A stretch of DNA of 64,000 bases, taken from positions 10,142 through 74,141 of the forward strand of contig CACNZU010000003.1 of assembly GCA_902624885.1 (NCBI GenBank), read 5' to 3'. The notes under the pieces are model-generated. The model was not told the origin of the DNA, made no database searches, and saw only the letters and a list, made by a program, of their open reading frames with translations. The translations under genes and the position numbers were made by a program. Shown here piece after piece: positions 1-12,588 of this stretch (its first letter is position 1; each line of letters opens with the position of its first letter). The stretch is from an uncultured Pelagibacteraceae bacterium (GTDB lineage Bacteria > Pseudomonadota > Alphaproteobacteria > Pelagibacterales > Pelagibacteraceae).

Positions 1-594
1 CCAGTTTTCGTCCCTCACAATTCCAAAGGATTTTTGAGATAAGAATTGCTGACTCTCATTTGCAATTCTAGAAATAGTCTGGTTATCAGTTTCTTTGAGT
101 TTCAATTCCTCTAAATCATCATTATTTATATTTAAATTTTTGGATTTTTCTAAAATTGGAATAAAATTAAGAAAATTAGAAATTCTTATTTTCCTTAAAA
201 ATTTATTATTATAAGACCAATCCAGCTTTTTAAAAATTTTCAAAGAAATTTCATTACAGAGTGTAACTTGAATTGGACAAATTTTCATCCAAGCTTGGGT
301 AAGTATTTTCCCGTATCCAAGTGATCTATATTTTTCCTTTACGTAGAAGTCAGTAAACCATATGCCAGTTTTTATATTATCTTTGATTTTCAAATCATTC
401 GCAATAAGGCCGGCATGTCCGCATATTTCATCATCTACTATCAATACAAGAGGTTCGAAACTCTTAAAACCCAATCTGTACCGCCAACCAAAACTACTTG
501 GATTGATATTATTATAATTAAAAGACTCTTGATAAAATTTTAATAATTTATTTTTATCAGTTTCAGATATTTTTTTAATATGAAATTTGCTCAC
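1..594 (-). CDS. GNAT family N-acetyltransferase (partial, runs off window start)
   Basis: Not in the ORF track. Hand translation from GTG at 594 gives MSKFHIKKISETDKNKLLKFYQESF...WFTDFYVKEKYRSLGYGKIL..., which has a GNAT motif A-like V-x-x-x-Y-R-x-x-G-x-G pattern. Confidence 0.7.
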   Translation of the reverse strand, partial: MSKFHIKKISETDKNKLLKFYQESFNYNNINPSSFGWRYRLGFKSFEPLVLIVDDEICGHAGLIANDLKIKDNIKTGIWFTDFYVKEKYRSLGYGKILTQAWMKICPIQVTLCNEISLKIFKKLDWSYNNKFLRKIRISNFLNFIPILEKSKNLNINNDDLEELKLKETDNQTISRIANESQQFLSQKSFGIVRDENW

Positions 595-616
595 TGTGAG
601 ATAAAATATATTAAAT

Positions 617-1381
617 ATGTTTAATTCAATAAATAAAATTTTTTCTAAATACACAGGGTTACTTATACGAATGGACGATATTTGTGAAAATATGAACTGG
701 GAATTAATGAATAGGTGTGAATTATTATTTGATAAGTATGAAATTAAACCACTTCTTGGGGTCATTCCAGCTAATAAAGACCCCGAGTTATTAGCTTATC
801 CAAAAAGTGAGTCTTTTTGGAATAAAGTTAAACACTGGAAAAGCAAAGGTTGGGAAATAACAATGCACGGATGCAACCATCTCTACACTCAAAAATCTGA
901 TAAAAATGATATTTTTAATTATGGCGGTGACTCCGAGTTTTATGGATTAGATTATTCAAAACAGTTTGATAAAATTGAGATGGGTTTATCCGAATTTAAA
1001 AAAAGAGAAATTAAAGTAAGGAGTTTTTTTGCACCTAATCATATTTATGATCAAAATACTTTAGAAGCTTTGAAGAAAAAGAATATCAAAATAATCATAG
1101 ATGGATATGGACTGTTTCCTTTTTACAAAAATGGTTTACTTTTTATTCCTCAACTGTTTTATAAAGAAATTTTTTTACCATTTGGCATTCAAGCTACTCA
1201 ACTACATATTAACTATTGGAGCAATAAAGACTTCAAAAGATTTGAAGATTTCATAATGAGATATCATAAGAAAATAATAAATTTAGACTATATAATTAAT
1301 ATTACAAATCCTAATCTTTTTCAGAATATTGCAAATTATGTAATTGAAAAAACTCTTAAAACAGCAAGATTTTTTAAGTAA
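617..1381 (+). CDS. Polysaccharide deacetylase-like protein (DUF2334 type)
   Basis: IRMDD, MHGCNH and FFAPNH motifs typical of NodB/CE4-like folds. Confidence 0.7.
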   Translation: MFNSINKIFSKYTGLLIRMDDICENMNWELMNRCELLFDKYEIKPLLGVIPANKDPELLAYPKSESFWNKVKHWKSKGWEITMHGCNHLYTQKSDKNDIFNYGGDSEFYGLDYSKQFDKIEMGLSEFKKREIKVRSFFAPNHIYDQNTLEALKKKNIKIIIDGYGLFPFYKNGLLFIPQLFYKEIFLPFGIQATQLHINYWSNKDFKRFEDFIMRYHKKIINLDYIINITNPNLFQNIANYVIEKTLKTARFFK

Positions 1382-2159
1382 TATTTTTAGGATCTGGCAT
1401 CCCTACTTTGTTATATCCAGCATCAACATAATGAATTTCACCAGTAACACCTGCAGCAAGGTCACTAAGTAGATAAAGAGCCGAGTTCCCCACATCATGA
1501 ATATCTACATTTCTTTTTAAAAAAGAATGATCCTCATTCCATTTATATAAAAATTTTGCATCACCGATTGCAGAAGCAGCTAAAGTTTTAATTGGACCAG
1601 CGCTGATTGCATTCACTCTAATTTTTTTTTTGCCAAGGTCCCTAGCTAAGTATTTTACACTTGCTTCTAAAGCTGATTTACAAACTCCCATAACATTATA
1701 ATTTGGTATTGCTTTAGAAGACTCATAAGTAAGTGTCAGTAAACTTCCCCCTTCATTTATTACATTTAAAGATTCTTTAGATACTTCAGTAAATGAAAAA
1801 CAAGAGATAAGCATACTTTTTAAAAAATTTTCCCTTGTGGTATTTAAATATTCTCCTGATAACTCTGATTTATCTGAAAAAGCTACTGCATGAACTACAA
1901 AATCTATTTTACCCCATTTTGATTTAATATCTTCAAAAAGTTTTACTACTTCTTCTTTTTTTTCTACGTCACAACTAAAAGTAACTTTTGAATTTAATTT
2001 TTCTGCTAAGGGTATTACTCTTTTCTTTAAAGCGTCTCCAAGGTAAGTAAAAGCTAATTCTGCTCCCGCCTCCGCAAGTTTTTGGGATATACCCCAAGCT
2101 ATTGAGCGTTCATTTGCAACACCCATAATTAAACCTTTTTTACCTTTCATTAAACTCAT
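1374..2159 (-). CDS. fabI: Enoyl-ACP reductase
   Basis: GVANERSIAWGI, YNVMGVCK and NAISAGPIKTLA motifs. Confidence 0.97.
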   Translation of the reverse strand: MSLMKGKKGLIMGVANERSIAWGISQKLAEAGAELAFTYLGDALKKRVIPLAEKLNSKVTFSCDVEKKEEVVKLFEDIKSKWGKIDFVVHAVAFSDKSELSGEYLNTTRENFLKSMLISCFSFTEVSKESLNVINEGGSLLTLTYESSKAIPNYNVMGVCKSALEASVKYLARDLGKKKIRVNAISAGPIKTLAASAIGDAKFLYKWNEDHSFLKRNVDIHDVGNSALYLLSDLAAGVTGEIHYVDAGYNKVGMPDPKNIT

Positions 2160-3373
2160 TATTTTACCTTTTCAAATACCAAGGTAGCATTTGTTCCTCC
2201 AAAACCAAAACTATTAGACATTACAGAATTTAAATTAATTTCTTTTTCAACTTTGGTAACTATAGGATATTTTTTAGCTTCGTCATCCATGTCATTAATA
2301 TTAGCCGACGCAGCTATAAAATTATTTTTCATCATAATTAAACTATAAACTGCCTCATGAACAGAAGTAGCTCCAAGAGAATGACCTGCGAGAGATTTAG
2401 TTGAGCTAATTTTTGGTTTGTAATCGCTAAATACTTCTCCAACAGCTTTTAATTCTGTTATATCTCCAACAGGTGTAGAAGTACCGTGTGTATTTATGTA
2501 ATCAATTTTATTTTTTGCAGTACTTAATGCCATTTTCATACATCTTACCGCTCCTTCTCCTGACGGAGCAACCATATCATAACCATCTGAGGTGGCACCG
2601 TACCCCGTTAATTCTGCATAAATTTTTGCACCTCTTGATTTAGCATGTTCATATTCCTCTAAAACTAAAACACCACCACCACCTGAGATAACAAAACCAT
2701 CTCGAGTTTTGTCATAAGGTCTAGATGCTTTTTCAGGAGTATCGTTATATTTTGAAGATAAGGCTGTCATCGCATCAAACATAGCAGTCATAGCAAAATG
2801 AACTTCATCACTACCACCTGCAAAAATAATTTTTTGTTTTCCTAGTTGAATTAATTCCATTGCATTACCGATGCAATGTCCGCTAGTTGCACACGCTGAA
2901 CTGATGGTATAATTAACTCCTTTTATTTTAAAAGGGACCGCTAGAGTTGCTGAAGCTGTACTTGACATTGTTCGTGGAACTACAAAAGGTCCCATTCTCT
3001 TTGGGCTTTTTTCTCTAGTCTTGTCTGCTGCTAATATTACATTTTCTATTGAAGGACCACCTGAACCCATAATCATTCCAGTCGATATATTACTTACATC
3101 CTTTTCTTCAAGTCCAGAGTCTTTTACAGCTTCATTCATTGAAACATAGTTATAAGCAGAACCCGGCCCCATAAATCTTATAAACTTTCTATCCACGTGT
3201 TCTTCCAGTTTAATATTTGGTTTTCCGTGAACATGACTTTTTAAATTGTATTCTTTATACTCTTCAGAAAATGTAATCCCTGATTTTGCATTAAGTAATG
3301 ACTTATAAACCTCGTCTTGATTATTTCCTAAACAAGAAACTACCCCTATTCCAGTAACTACAACTCTTTTCAT
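2159..3373 (-). CDS. fabB: Beta-ketoacyl-ACP synthase I
   Basis: [16 protein letters not shown] and [10 protein letters not shown] motifs; follows fabA. Confidence 0.95.
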   Translation of the reverse strand: MKRVVVTGIGVVSCLGNNQDEVYKSLLNAKSGITFSEEYKEYNLKSHVHGKPNIKLEEHVDRKFIRFMGPGSAYNYVSMNEAVKDSGLEEKDVSNISTGMIMGSGGPSIENVILAADKTREKSPKRMGPFVVPRTMSSTASATLAVPFKIKGVNYTISSACATSGHCIGNAMELIQLGKQKIIFAGGSDEVHFAMTAMFDAMTALSSKYNDTPEKASRPYDKTRDGFVISGGGGVLVLEEYEHAKSRGAKIYAELTGYGATSDGYDMVAPSGEGAVRCMKMALSTAKNKIDYINTHGTSTPVGDITELKAVGEVFSDYKPKISSTKSLAGHSLGATSVHEAVYSLIMMKNNFIAASANINDMDDEAKKYPIVTKVEKEINLNSVMSNSFGFGGTNATLVFEKVK

Positions 3374-3873
3374 GATTTGAATAATCCTACCTTAAGATTT
3401 TCTGCAGTGTAAATTATTTTACCATCTGCACTTAAAATACCATTAGCTAATCCAACAGCTGTGCCTTCTTTTTTTAAAATTCTTTTCATATTTATTTCAT
3501 AAGTCGCCATTTTAATATTTTTTAATACTTCACCTGTGAATTTTACAGAATTTACTCCTAAAGCTCTACCTTTTCCTGGCTCACCTATCCAGCCTAAATA
3601 AAATCCAACTAACTGCCACATAGCATCTAAGCCAAGACAACCTGGCATAACTGGGTCCTTCTTAAAATGGCAATCAAAAAACCATAGGTTGTCCTTAATA
3701 TCAAGCTCCGCTTTAATAAAACCTTTTTTAAATTCACCTGTATCTTTTTTTATTTCTGTAATTCTATCAAACATCAACATTGGAGGAAGTGGCAGCTTAG
3801 CATTTCCCTCACCAAATAGTTTTCCCTCTCCACACGAAATTAGCTCATCGTAATTGTAACTATTTTTTTGCAT
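3370..3873 (-). CDS. fabA: 3-hydroxyacyl-ACP dehydratase/isomerase
   Basis: [23 protein letters not shown] signature. Confidence 0.97.
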   Translation of the reverse strand: MQKNSYNYDELISCGEGKLFGEGNAKLPLPPMLMFDRITEIKKDTGEFKKGFIKAELDIKDNLWFFDCHFKKDPVMPGCLGLDAMWQLVGFYLGWIGEPGKGRALGVNSVKFTGEVLKNIKMATYEINMKRILKKEGTAVGLANGILSADGKIIYTAENLKVGLFKS

Positions 3874-3875
3874 GA

Positions 3876-3892
3876 TTTAGAATTGTTTTACT
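3876..3892. promoter_or_regulatory. Degenerate Irr box (ICE) immediately upstream of fabA
   Basis: TTTAGAA-TTG-TTTTACT; one half-site matches TTTAGAA-N3-TTCTAAA perfectly, the other 4/7. Confidence 0.4.
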
Positions 3893-3923
3893 TGATTTAG
3901 CAAAAGTTTCATATATATTTGTG

Positions 3924-3940
3924 TTTAGAATGATTATAAA
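3924..3940. promoter_or_regulatory. Irr box (iron control element) upstream of irr
   Basis: TTTAGAA-TGA-TTATAAA; one mismatch to the alphaproteobacterial ICE consensus TTTAGAA-N3-TTCTAAA. Confidence 0.75.
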
Positions 3941-3964
3941 GTAGATCAAAAAACGAACTAAAAC

Positions 3965-4372
3965 GTGAAAAAAATTGACATTTTAAAAAAATTAAGATCT
4001 TCCGGGTTAAGACCGACTAAACAAAGAGTTGAAATAGCTAAATTTTTATTTGAAAGAGAAAAAACTTTCCATTTTACAGTTGAAAGTTTAAACAAACTTT
4101 TGACCAAAAAATCGGCTTCTAAAATTGCGCTAGCTACAATTTATAATACCGTCCACTCATTTAAAACAGCCGGACATTTAAGTGAAGTTGAAGTAAGAGG
4201 AAACAAAACTTATTTTGATACTAATGTTTCAAACCACCACCATTTTTATGATAGCGAAACTGCAGAATTAATAGACATTGATGCGAATGATATAATCATT
4301 CAAAAAATTCCAAAAGCACCAAATGGTAAAAAAATTAAAAATGTTGAGGTATTTATAAACTTGAAAAATTGA
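3965..4372 (+). CDS. irr: Fur-family iron response regulator
   Basis: GLRPTKQR, ATIYNT and YFDTNVSNHHHF (HHH heme motif); adjacent to fabA as in other alphaproteobacteria. Confidence 0.9.
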   Translation: MKKIDILKKLRSSGLRPTKQRVEIAKFLFEREKTFHFTVESLNKLLTKKSASKIALATIYNTVHSFKTAGHLSEVEVRGNKTYFDTNVSNHHHFYDSETAELIDIDANDIIIQKIPKAPNGKKIKNVEVFINLKN

Positions 4373-4394
4373 CAGTTTGTCGCTTGTTTTTCAC

Positions 4395-6591
<2,197 letters not shown>

Positions 6592-6592
6592 T

Positions 6593-7222
6593 ATGGAAAT
6601 TGTCAAACCAACAAAAAACTTAGAACCTTTAAACCGCAATGTTAAAGACGACTTTTACATAGTTCCAAATCTAAAATTTGATGTTGACAAATTGAGAGCT
6701 GATTTAAATGCCGTTCTCAAAAAAAAGAAGTTCAGCACTCTGGGAATAAAAAATTTTGGAGCTATAGCCTTAAATCAAATTCCGGGAGACACTTCTTCTA
6801 CAGAAGGTCATAATGTCAGAGGAATATATTGGACTATACCCGATGAAAAAGGTAAAGAGATTAAGAGAGATAAACCGATCGACGAGTCAAAATATACTGA
6901 GGTAGTATCTGAATTTAAAGGAACTTATTTTGAAGAAGTTTACAATACTTTAAAAAAACATTTTAAACTTGGTAGAGTAAGAATTTTATTAAAAGAACCT
7001 AGATCTACACTTAGTTGGCATAGAGATCCTGAACCTAGGCTTCATATACCAATAATAACTAATAAAGGATGCAGGATGGTAATTGAAGAGGTTTGTAGAC
7101 ACATGCCGGCTGACGGGTCAGTGACTATTACTAATAATACTAAATACCATAATTTTTTTAACGGAGGAGAACAAAATAGAATTCACCTGGTTGCGTGCGT
7201 TCTAGAAAATCCATTTAATTAA
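6593..7222 (+). CDS. Aspartyl/asparaginyl beta-hydroxylase-like cupin (Fe(II)/2OG oxygenase)
   Basis: WHRD...RLHIPIITN...YHNFFNGG..RIHL: HxD...H facial triad plus a distal Arg. Confidence 0.7.
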   Translation: MEIVKPTKNLEPLNRNVKDDFYIVPNLKFDVDKLRADLNAVLKKKKFSTLGIKNFGAIALNQIPGDTSSTEGHNVRGIYWTIPDEKGKEIKRDKPIDESKYTEVVSEFKGTYFEEVYNTLKKHFKLGRVRILLKEPRSTLSWHRDPEPRLHIPIITNKGCRMVIEEVCRHMPADGSVTITNNTKYHNFFNGGEQNRIHLVACVLENPFN

Positions 7223-7471
7223 ATGACAGAATTTACACACGGAATTTTTTCAGCTTCAAAAACTATATATGAGAATAATAAAGGCTCTATATTAAGGACA
7301 ATTATTTATACTATTGGGCACTTTGCAATTGCCATAACTGTATTAATGTTAGTCGCAGATGTTTCTTTTATGATAGCACTTACTGATGCAATTGTAGAAC
7401 CTTTGGCCAATGCAATTTGGTACTTTGTTTTAGATAAAATTTGGACCTCTAAATATAAAAAAAAATTATAA
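7223..7471 (+). CDS. Small membrane protein (DUF2061-like)
   Basis: RTIIYTIGH...A..DAIVEP..NAIWYF.LD pattern; two hydrophobic segments. Confidence 0.55.
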   Translation: MTEFTHGIFSASKTIYENNKGSILRTIIYTIGHFAIAITVLMLVADVSFMIALTDAIVEPLANAIWYFVLDKIWTSKYKKKL

Positions 7472-7909
7472 TAATCCCCAAAGACCATCTTTTTTTACCC
7501 AGCCTTTAAAGTTCTCAACCTTTACTTTACACCAATCTTCTTTACATTTAAGTATTTTACAAAGCCTTCCTTTTTTGAGTATTGCCGAAGGTTTAGAATA
7601 TACAGAAGGTTTGCTATAAATTAGCAATTCATCATCTATAGTGATAGCAGCTTTTTTTTTAGACAATTGAGAAATATGAATCCAACCTGAATTATTTTCA
7701 TGATCTCTAATTTTTCTAAAGTTTTCAAATTTATCTTGTACTAAAACTGGTAAAAATTTTTTTTTGTAAAATAATTTTATTGGGTATTCAAATGAAGGCC
7801 CTTGTCTAAGGTTTGTTTTCTCATTTCTTAATGTCAAAAAGTACTCATTAGCAGAAAGGGTTTGTGACCATAAAAGAAATAATATAATGATAAAATTTTG
7901 TTTTAACAT
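7466..7909 (-). CDS. Secreted tandem bacterial SH3 domain protein
   Basis: Signal peptide, NLRQGPS..YPI, GWIH and GWVKKDGLWG motifs. Confidence 0.8.
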   Translation of the reverse strand: MLKQNFIIILFLLWSQTLSANEYFLTLRNEKTNLRQGPSFEYPIKLFYKKKFLPVLVQDKFENFRKIRDHENNSGWIHISQLSKKKAAITIDDELLIYSKPSVYSKPSAILKKGRLCKILKCKEDWCKVKVENFKGWVKKDGLWGLL

Positions 7910-8646
7910 TTATTTTTGCAGTCAGGGTTGTTTCTTAATTTTATCTTCCTAAAACTATATTTTATGGAGTCAAAAATAATCATTTGATTATCCAAACTGT
8001 CTTTAAAATCGAGAATAGTTTTAAGCACTTCATTGGCTTGAAGAGATCCTAGCACACCTGCAACTGGAGAAAAAATTCCCTCAGTTTCACAATTCTTCTC
8101 AATAATTGGCTTTTCAGGCATAAAACATCTGTAACAAGATGATTTTTTTTTAAAGTTGAACTTATATAAATGACCATCAAATTTACTAATCGCTGCTGAG
8201 ATTAAAATTTTTTTATTCTTTTTACATTCATCATTAATCAAGTATCTAGTATCAAAATTATCAGTACCATCACAAATTATATCATATCCATTAATAATTG
8301 GTTTAATATTGGAAGAATTTATTTTTTTTTTAAAAATTTTTACGGAAATTTTCTTATTTGTTTTATTAATAATACTTTGAGCCTGATCAACTTTGAATTT
8401 TCCAATATCATTGTTTGAAAATAATGTTTGCCTGTTCAGATTGCTTATCTCAACTTTATCAAAGTCTACAATTCCTATTTTACCTACTCCAGATGCAGCT
8501 AAGTAAGTCAAAAGTGGACAGCCCAAGCCACCAATACCGATAATTAATACTTTAGCGTTGAGTATCTTTTTCTGACCATTTATGCCAATATTTTTTAAAA
8601 TTATCTGTTTTTCAAATCTTTTGAAATCATTAATATCCAAGTCCAT
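7903..8646 (-). CDS. moeB: MoeB/ThiF family adenylyltransferase
   Basis: GIGGLG, SNLNRQ, DGTDN, CYRC and a C-terminal Cys pair. It could functionally be ThiF. Confidence 0.75.
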   Translation of the reverse strand: MDLDINDFKRFEKQIILKNIGINGQKKILNAKVLIIGIGGLGCPLLTYLAASGVGKIGIVDFDKVEISNLNRQTLFSNNDIGKFKVDQAQSIINKTNKKISVKIFKKKINSSNIKPIINGYDIICDGTDNFDTRYLINDECKKNKKILISAAISKFDGHLYKFNFKKKSSCYRCFMPEKPIIEKNCETEGIFSPVAGVLGSLQANEVLKTILDFKDSLDNQMIIFDSIKYSFRKIKLRNNPDCKNKC

Positions 8647-8649
8647 AGA

Positions 8650-9090
8650 TTATTTTGCCCCAGTGGATCCAAAACCTCCGGAACCTCTGTCTGTAAGGTC
8701 TAAATTTTCAACTTCTTTAAGTTTAGTTTTAATGATTGGACACAGTACCATTTGAGCTATTCTTGTCCCTTTCTCAACAATATAAGTATTATCTCCAAGA
8801 TTAATTAATATTACTTTTATTTCACCTCTGTAATCAGCATCTATAGTTCCTGGTGTATTAAGAACTGTTACTTGATTTTTAACTGCTAAACCTGATCTGG
8901 GTCTAATTTGTATTTCAAAATTTTTAGGAATGGACAGAGAGATACCTGTTGGAATAATGGCAGTTTTTCCAGGCTCTATTTTTATTTGCTGATCGATGTT
9001 AGCAGCTAGGTCCATTCCAGATGAACCACTAGTTTCATATTTAGGTAACTCAACGTCCTCTGATAATTTTTTAATTAAAACTTCTGTCAT
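8650..9090 (-). CDS. dut: dUTPase
   Basis: GMDL, RPRSGLA, GTIDADYRGE and RGSGGFGSTG motifs. Confidence 0.98.
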   Translation of the reverse strand: MTEVLIKKLSEDVELPKYETSGSSGMDLAANIDQQIKIEPGKTAIIPTGISLSIPKNFEIQIRPRSGLAVKNQVTVLNTPGTIDADYRGEIKVILINLGDNTYIVEKGTRIAQMVLCPIIKTKLKEVENLDLTDRGSGGFGSTGAK

Positions 9091-10303
9091 TAACTAAGAG
9101 TTTCTTTAAAATTATCTCTGCAATTTTATTAGCTATAAAACTTTTTTTATTTTTTTTTATAACCTGGATCTTGCCAGAGCCGTCAAATATCGATACTCTG
9201 TTATAATCTGAATTAAAACCACTATCTTTTTTAGAAACATCATTAGCAATAATTAAATCACAATTTTTCTCTCTTAATTTAGCAACTGCATTTTTATTTA
9301 AATTTTCAGTTTCTGCTGCAAATCCTACGACTAATTTTGGTCTATATCTGTTATTTTTTCCAAGATATTCTACGATATCAATATTTTTTCCTAATCGTAT
9401 AGAATTTGTTGCTAAATCCTCTTTTCTTAATTTATTTTTGCTTATTTTTAAGGGTTTAAAATCTGAAACAGCAGCTGCACATACTGCAATTTCTACTGGT
9501 AAAGATTTTTTAACTTCTTCAAACATTTCGTTTGCTGTCACTATGTTCTTCGTTTTAATTTCTTTTTTAAAAATTAGGTTAGAAGGACCCGTGATTAAAG
9601 TGGTCTTAATTCCTAATCTACTCAGTGCTTGCGCAATCTCATAACCCTGTTTCCCGCTTGATTCATTAGAAATATATCTTACTGGATCTAAATACTCTCT
9701 AGTTGGTCCAGCAGTCACAAGTGCTTTAATTCTTCTCTTTTTAATCAAATTTCTTTTGTTGAAATAGTTTTCGAGATAAGAAAAAATTTTTTTAGGGCTT
9801 GACATTTTACCTTCCCCATATTCTCCACATGCCATCTCACCTTTTTCAGGACCTAGAAATAAATAACCGTAATCTAATAAAGTCTTTACATTTTTTTGCG
9901 TGGCTTTATGTATCCACATTCTAACGTTCATAGCAGGAACTAATAAAATATCTTTATTAGACGCAAGAATAACTGTAGTTGCTAAATCTTCTGCCTTACC
10001 AAGACTTAATTTTGTCATGAAGTTTGCTGTTGTAGGTAAAACAATAATTATATCTGCCCATCGCGATAGTGAGATATGATCTATTTCAGCATCAGTGTCT
10101 TTGTCAAAAACATCTTCAAAAGTTTTATTTTTGGTGAGAGTAGTAATTGAAAGAGGCGTTACAAATTCTCTACCACTTTTAGTTAGTATACTTTTTACCT
10201 CATTATTATGTTTTTTAAGTAATCTAATTAGATCTAGTGCTTTATAAGCAGCAATACCTCCACCAATAATTAAAAGTATTTTTTTATTTTTAAATTTCAT
10301 CAT
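9071..10303 (-). CDS. coaBC: Phosphopantothenoylcysteine decarboxylase/ligase
   Basis: GGIAAYK, PAMNVRM, ACGEYGEG, TAGPTRE..DPVRYISN.SSGKQG motifs. Confidence 0.96.
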   Translation of the reverse strand: MMKFKNKKILLIIGGGIAAYKALDLIRLLKKHNNEVKSILTKSGREFVTPLSITTLTKNKTFEDVFDKDTDAEIDHISLSRWADIIIVLPTTANFMTKLSLGKAEDLATTVILASNKDILLVPAMNVRMWIHKATQKNVKTLLDYGYLFLGPEKGEMACGEYGEGKMSSPKKIFSYLENYFNKRNLIKKRRIKALVTAGPTREYLDPVRYISNESSGKQGYEIAQALSRLGIKTTLITGPSNLIFKKEIKTKNIVTANEMFEEVKKSLPVEIAVCAAAVSDFKPLKISKNKLRKEDLATNSIRLGKNIDIVEYLGKNNRYRPKLVVGFAAETENLNKNAVAKLREKNCDLIIANDVSKKDSGFNSDYNRVSIFDGSGKIQVIKKNKKSFIANKIAEIILKKLLVNDRSFN

Positions 10304-10306
10304 TTA

Positions 10307-11872
10307 TTAAAATACCAATAAAAAGACAATTACAACACCAAAAAAACTAATTACTAAGTTATTTTTAAAGTTTTTTATTTTCATTTGCTCTAATTCTAAA
10401 TTTTTATTAGTCCCGATAGCTAAGTTTAACTTTCCATCTGCCATTAACTTTAGTGCATAATCAGCCCTATCCATAAACCCGGGTAAATCAGGTATCCTTT
10501 TGAGTATTTCTGAAGAAGTATTAATTGCTGTATCAATTGTTGACTTAGGGCTTTTGATATTTTTAAGCCAGTCTTCAAGAACAGGTCTAGATACCTCCCA
10601 AATATTTGTCTCTGGGTAAAGTTTTCTTGCAACTCCCTCTACTACCACCATTGTTTTTTGCAGTAAAAGAAGTGGAGGCTGGGTAGGCATGTTAAATTTT
10701 TCAGTTATCTCAAATAATTGTGCTAATAGGTTCCCACCAGATATATCTTTTATGGATTGACCAAATATTGGTTCCCCTACTGATCTTAAAGCTTGCGCGA
10801 ATTCTTCTTTAGAAGCCTCTTGAGGTACTAGACCTGCTTGAAAATGTACTTCTGCAACTTTTACGTAATCTCTTTTAATAAACCCATATAGAATCTCCGC
10901 TAAAAATTTTCTATTATTTTTATCTAACCGACCCATAATTCCGAAATCAACTGGAATTATGTTACCTTTACTGTCAACAAAAAGATTTCCTTGATGCATA
11001 TCACCATGGAAAAAGCCATCTCTCACAGCTTGTCTTAAAAATAATTGTATCAAGTTCTCTGCTAGTTTTTTTTGATTAATACCTAGTTCTTTAATTTTTT
11101 TAATTTCTCTGATAGATACACCATCGACTTTATCCAAGGTTAATATTTTTTTTGTTGTATAATTCCAATATATTTTAGGAACAATAAATCCTTGGTCATT
11201 TTTTGTATTTTCATAGAGCTCGTTAGCTGCTGCAGCTTCAAATCTTAAATCCATTTCTATGTTAGTTATTTCTCTCAGTAAATGTACTACCTCAACTAAT
11301 TTTAATCTTTTTGCTTTTGAGAAACTATTTTCAACTATGTATGCAAACAACATTAAAGCATCTAATTCCTCATTAAATAATTTTTCAATGTCAGGTCTTA
11401 GTATTTTAACGGCTACTTGTTTTTCTGTCCCCTCATAAGTAATTTTTGCTAAATGGACTTGAGCTATAGAAGCAGCAGCAATAGGCTGGGATATTTCCGT
11501 AATATCTTTGTAATAATTTTCGCCTATTTCTTTTTTAATAATTTTTTTTGCGTCGTGTAGATCAAAAGCAGGAACTTTATCTTGTAATCTTTCAAGGCTT
11601 TTTGATAATTCTTCACCTATAATATCGGGTCTAGTAGCTAGAAATTGTCCTAATTTTATGAAAGTTGTTCCCATGCCTTGTAATGCAACACAAAGTTTTT
11701 CTCCAGGTGCTTTTTTTTTATCAATCAAATTCGGGTTTGCACCGAGCGATATTAAATTAAAAAAAAACCGAATCGAAATGGGTAATTGATGAATTTCGTC
11801 TATTATTTCTACTGCGCCAGATGTAGAAAATTTTCTTGCAATTTGAAACAATTTGAAAATTCTTCTTAACAT
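10307..11872 (-). CDS. ubiB: Ubiquinone biosynthesis ABC1-family kinase
   Basis: FIKLGQ, AAASIAQVH, FFHGDMHQGN and DFG motifs; follows ubiE. Confidence 0.95.
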   Translation of the reverse strand: MLRRIFKLFQIARKFSTSGAVEIIDEIHQLPISIRFFFNLISLGANPNLIDKKKAPGEKLCVALQGMGTTFIKLGQFLATRPDIIGEELSKSLERLQDKVPAFDLHDAKKIIKKEIGENYYKDITEISQPIAAASIAQVHLAKITYEGTEKQVAVKILRPDIEKLFNEELDALMLFAYIVENSFSKAKRLKLVEVVHLLREITNIEMDLRFEAAAANELYENTKNDQGFIVPKIYWNYTTKKILTLDKVDGVSIREIKKIKELGINQKKLAENLIQLFLRQAVRDGFFHGDMHQGNLFVDSKGNIIPVDFGIMGRLDKNNRKFLAEILYGFIKRDYVKVAEVHFQAGLVPQEASKEEFAQALRSVGEPIFGQSIKDISGGNLLAQLFEITEKFNMPTQPPLLLLQKTMVVVEGVARKLYPETNIWEVSRPVLEDWLKNIKSPKSTIDTAINTSSEILKRIPDLPGFMDRADYALKLMADGKLNLAIGTNKNLELEQMKIKNFKNNLVISFFGVVIVFLLVF

Positions 11873-12577
11873 CTAAATTTTCCAACCCGAATGTATTGCA
11901 GAGATGCCATTGGATAAATTTCTGTACTCTATGTTAGAAAACCCGTTTTTCCCCATCAATTGCACCAATTGTTCTTGATTAATAAAAGTGTCTATACTTT
12001 TGATTAAATATTTATAAGGTTCATCTGTTCCAACAATAAATTTACCAATATGTGGAATGGTTCCCGAATATTTTTTATATAATAGGTCTATTATTTCATT
12101 ATTTACTTTAGAAAATTCTAAACACATAAAACGACCACCTGGCCTTAAAACCCTAAAAGCCTCTTTAAGAGTTTTATTAATACTAGTAACATTCCTAATC
12201 CCATAGCTTATAGAGTAATAATCAAATGTATCATTTTTGACTGGCAATTTTTCAGCTTGAACATTTAGCCATTGAATATTATCAATATCTTTTAACTTAA
12301 GTTTGCCTTGTTGCAGCATCATTTTATTTGGTTCGACACAAATAATTTCAGAATATTTATTTGTTCTTTGTGAAAATAATTTTGCTATATCCCCGGTTCC
12401 AGAAGCTACATCTATTAATTTTGTATTAAGTTGAGGATTCATCCATTCTATTAGTTTTTCTTTCCAAATACGATGCAAACCAAATGACATTATATCATTC
12501 ATTAAATCATACTTTTGATAAACCTCAGAAAATACAGAATTGACTAATTTGGTTTTATCATAAATATTACTTTTCAT
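11873..12577 (-). CDS. ubiE: Ubiquinone/menaquinone C-methyltransferase
   Basis: YDLMNDIMSFGLHRIWK, DVASGTGD and RVLRPGGRF motifs. Confidence 0.95.
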   Translation of the reverse strand: MKSNIYDKTKLVNSVFSEVYQKYDLMNDIMSFGLHRIWKEKLIEWMNPQLNTKLIDVASGTGDIAKLFSQRTNKYSEIICVEPNKMMLQQGKLKLKDIDNIQWLNVQAEKLPVKNDTFDYYSISYGIRNVTSINKTLKEAFRVLRPGGRFMCLEFSKVNNEIIDLLYKKYSGTIPHIGKFIVGTDEPYKYLIKSIDTFINQEQLVQLMGKNGFSNIEYRNLSNGISAIHSGWKI

Positions 12578-12588
12578 AATAGAACTAT

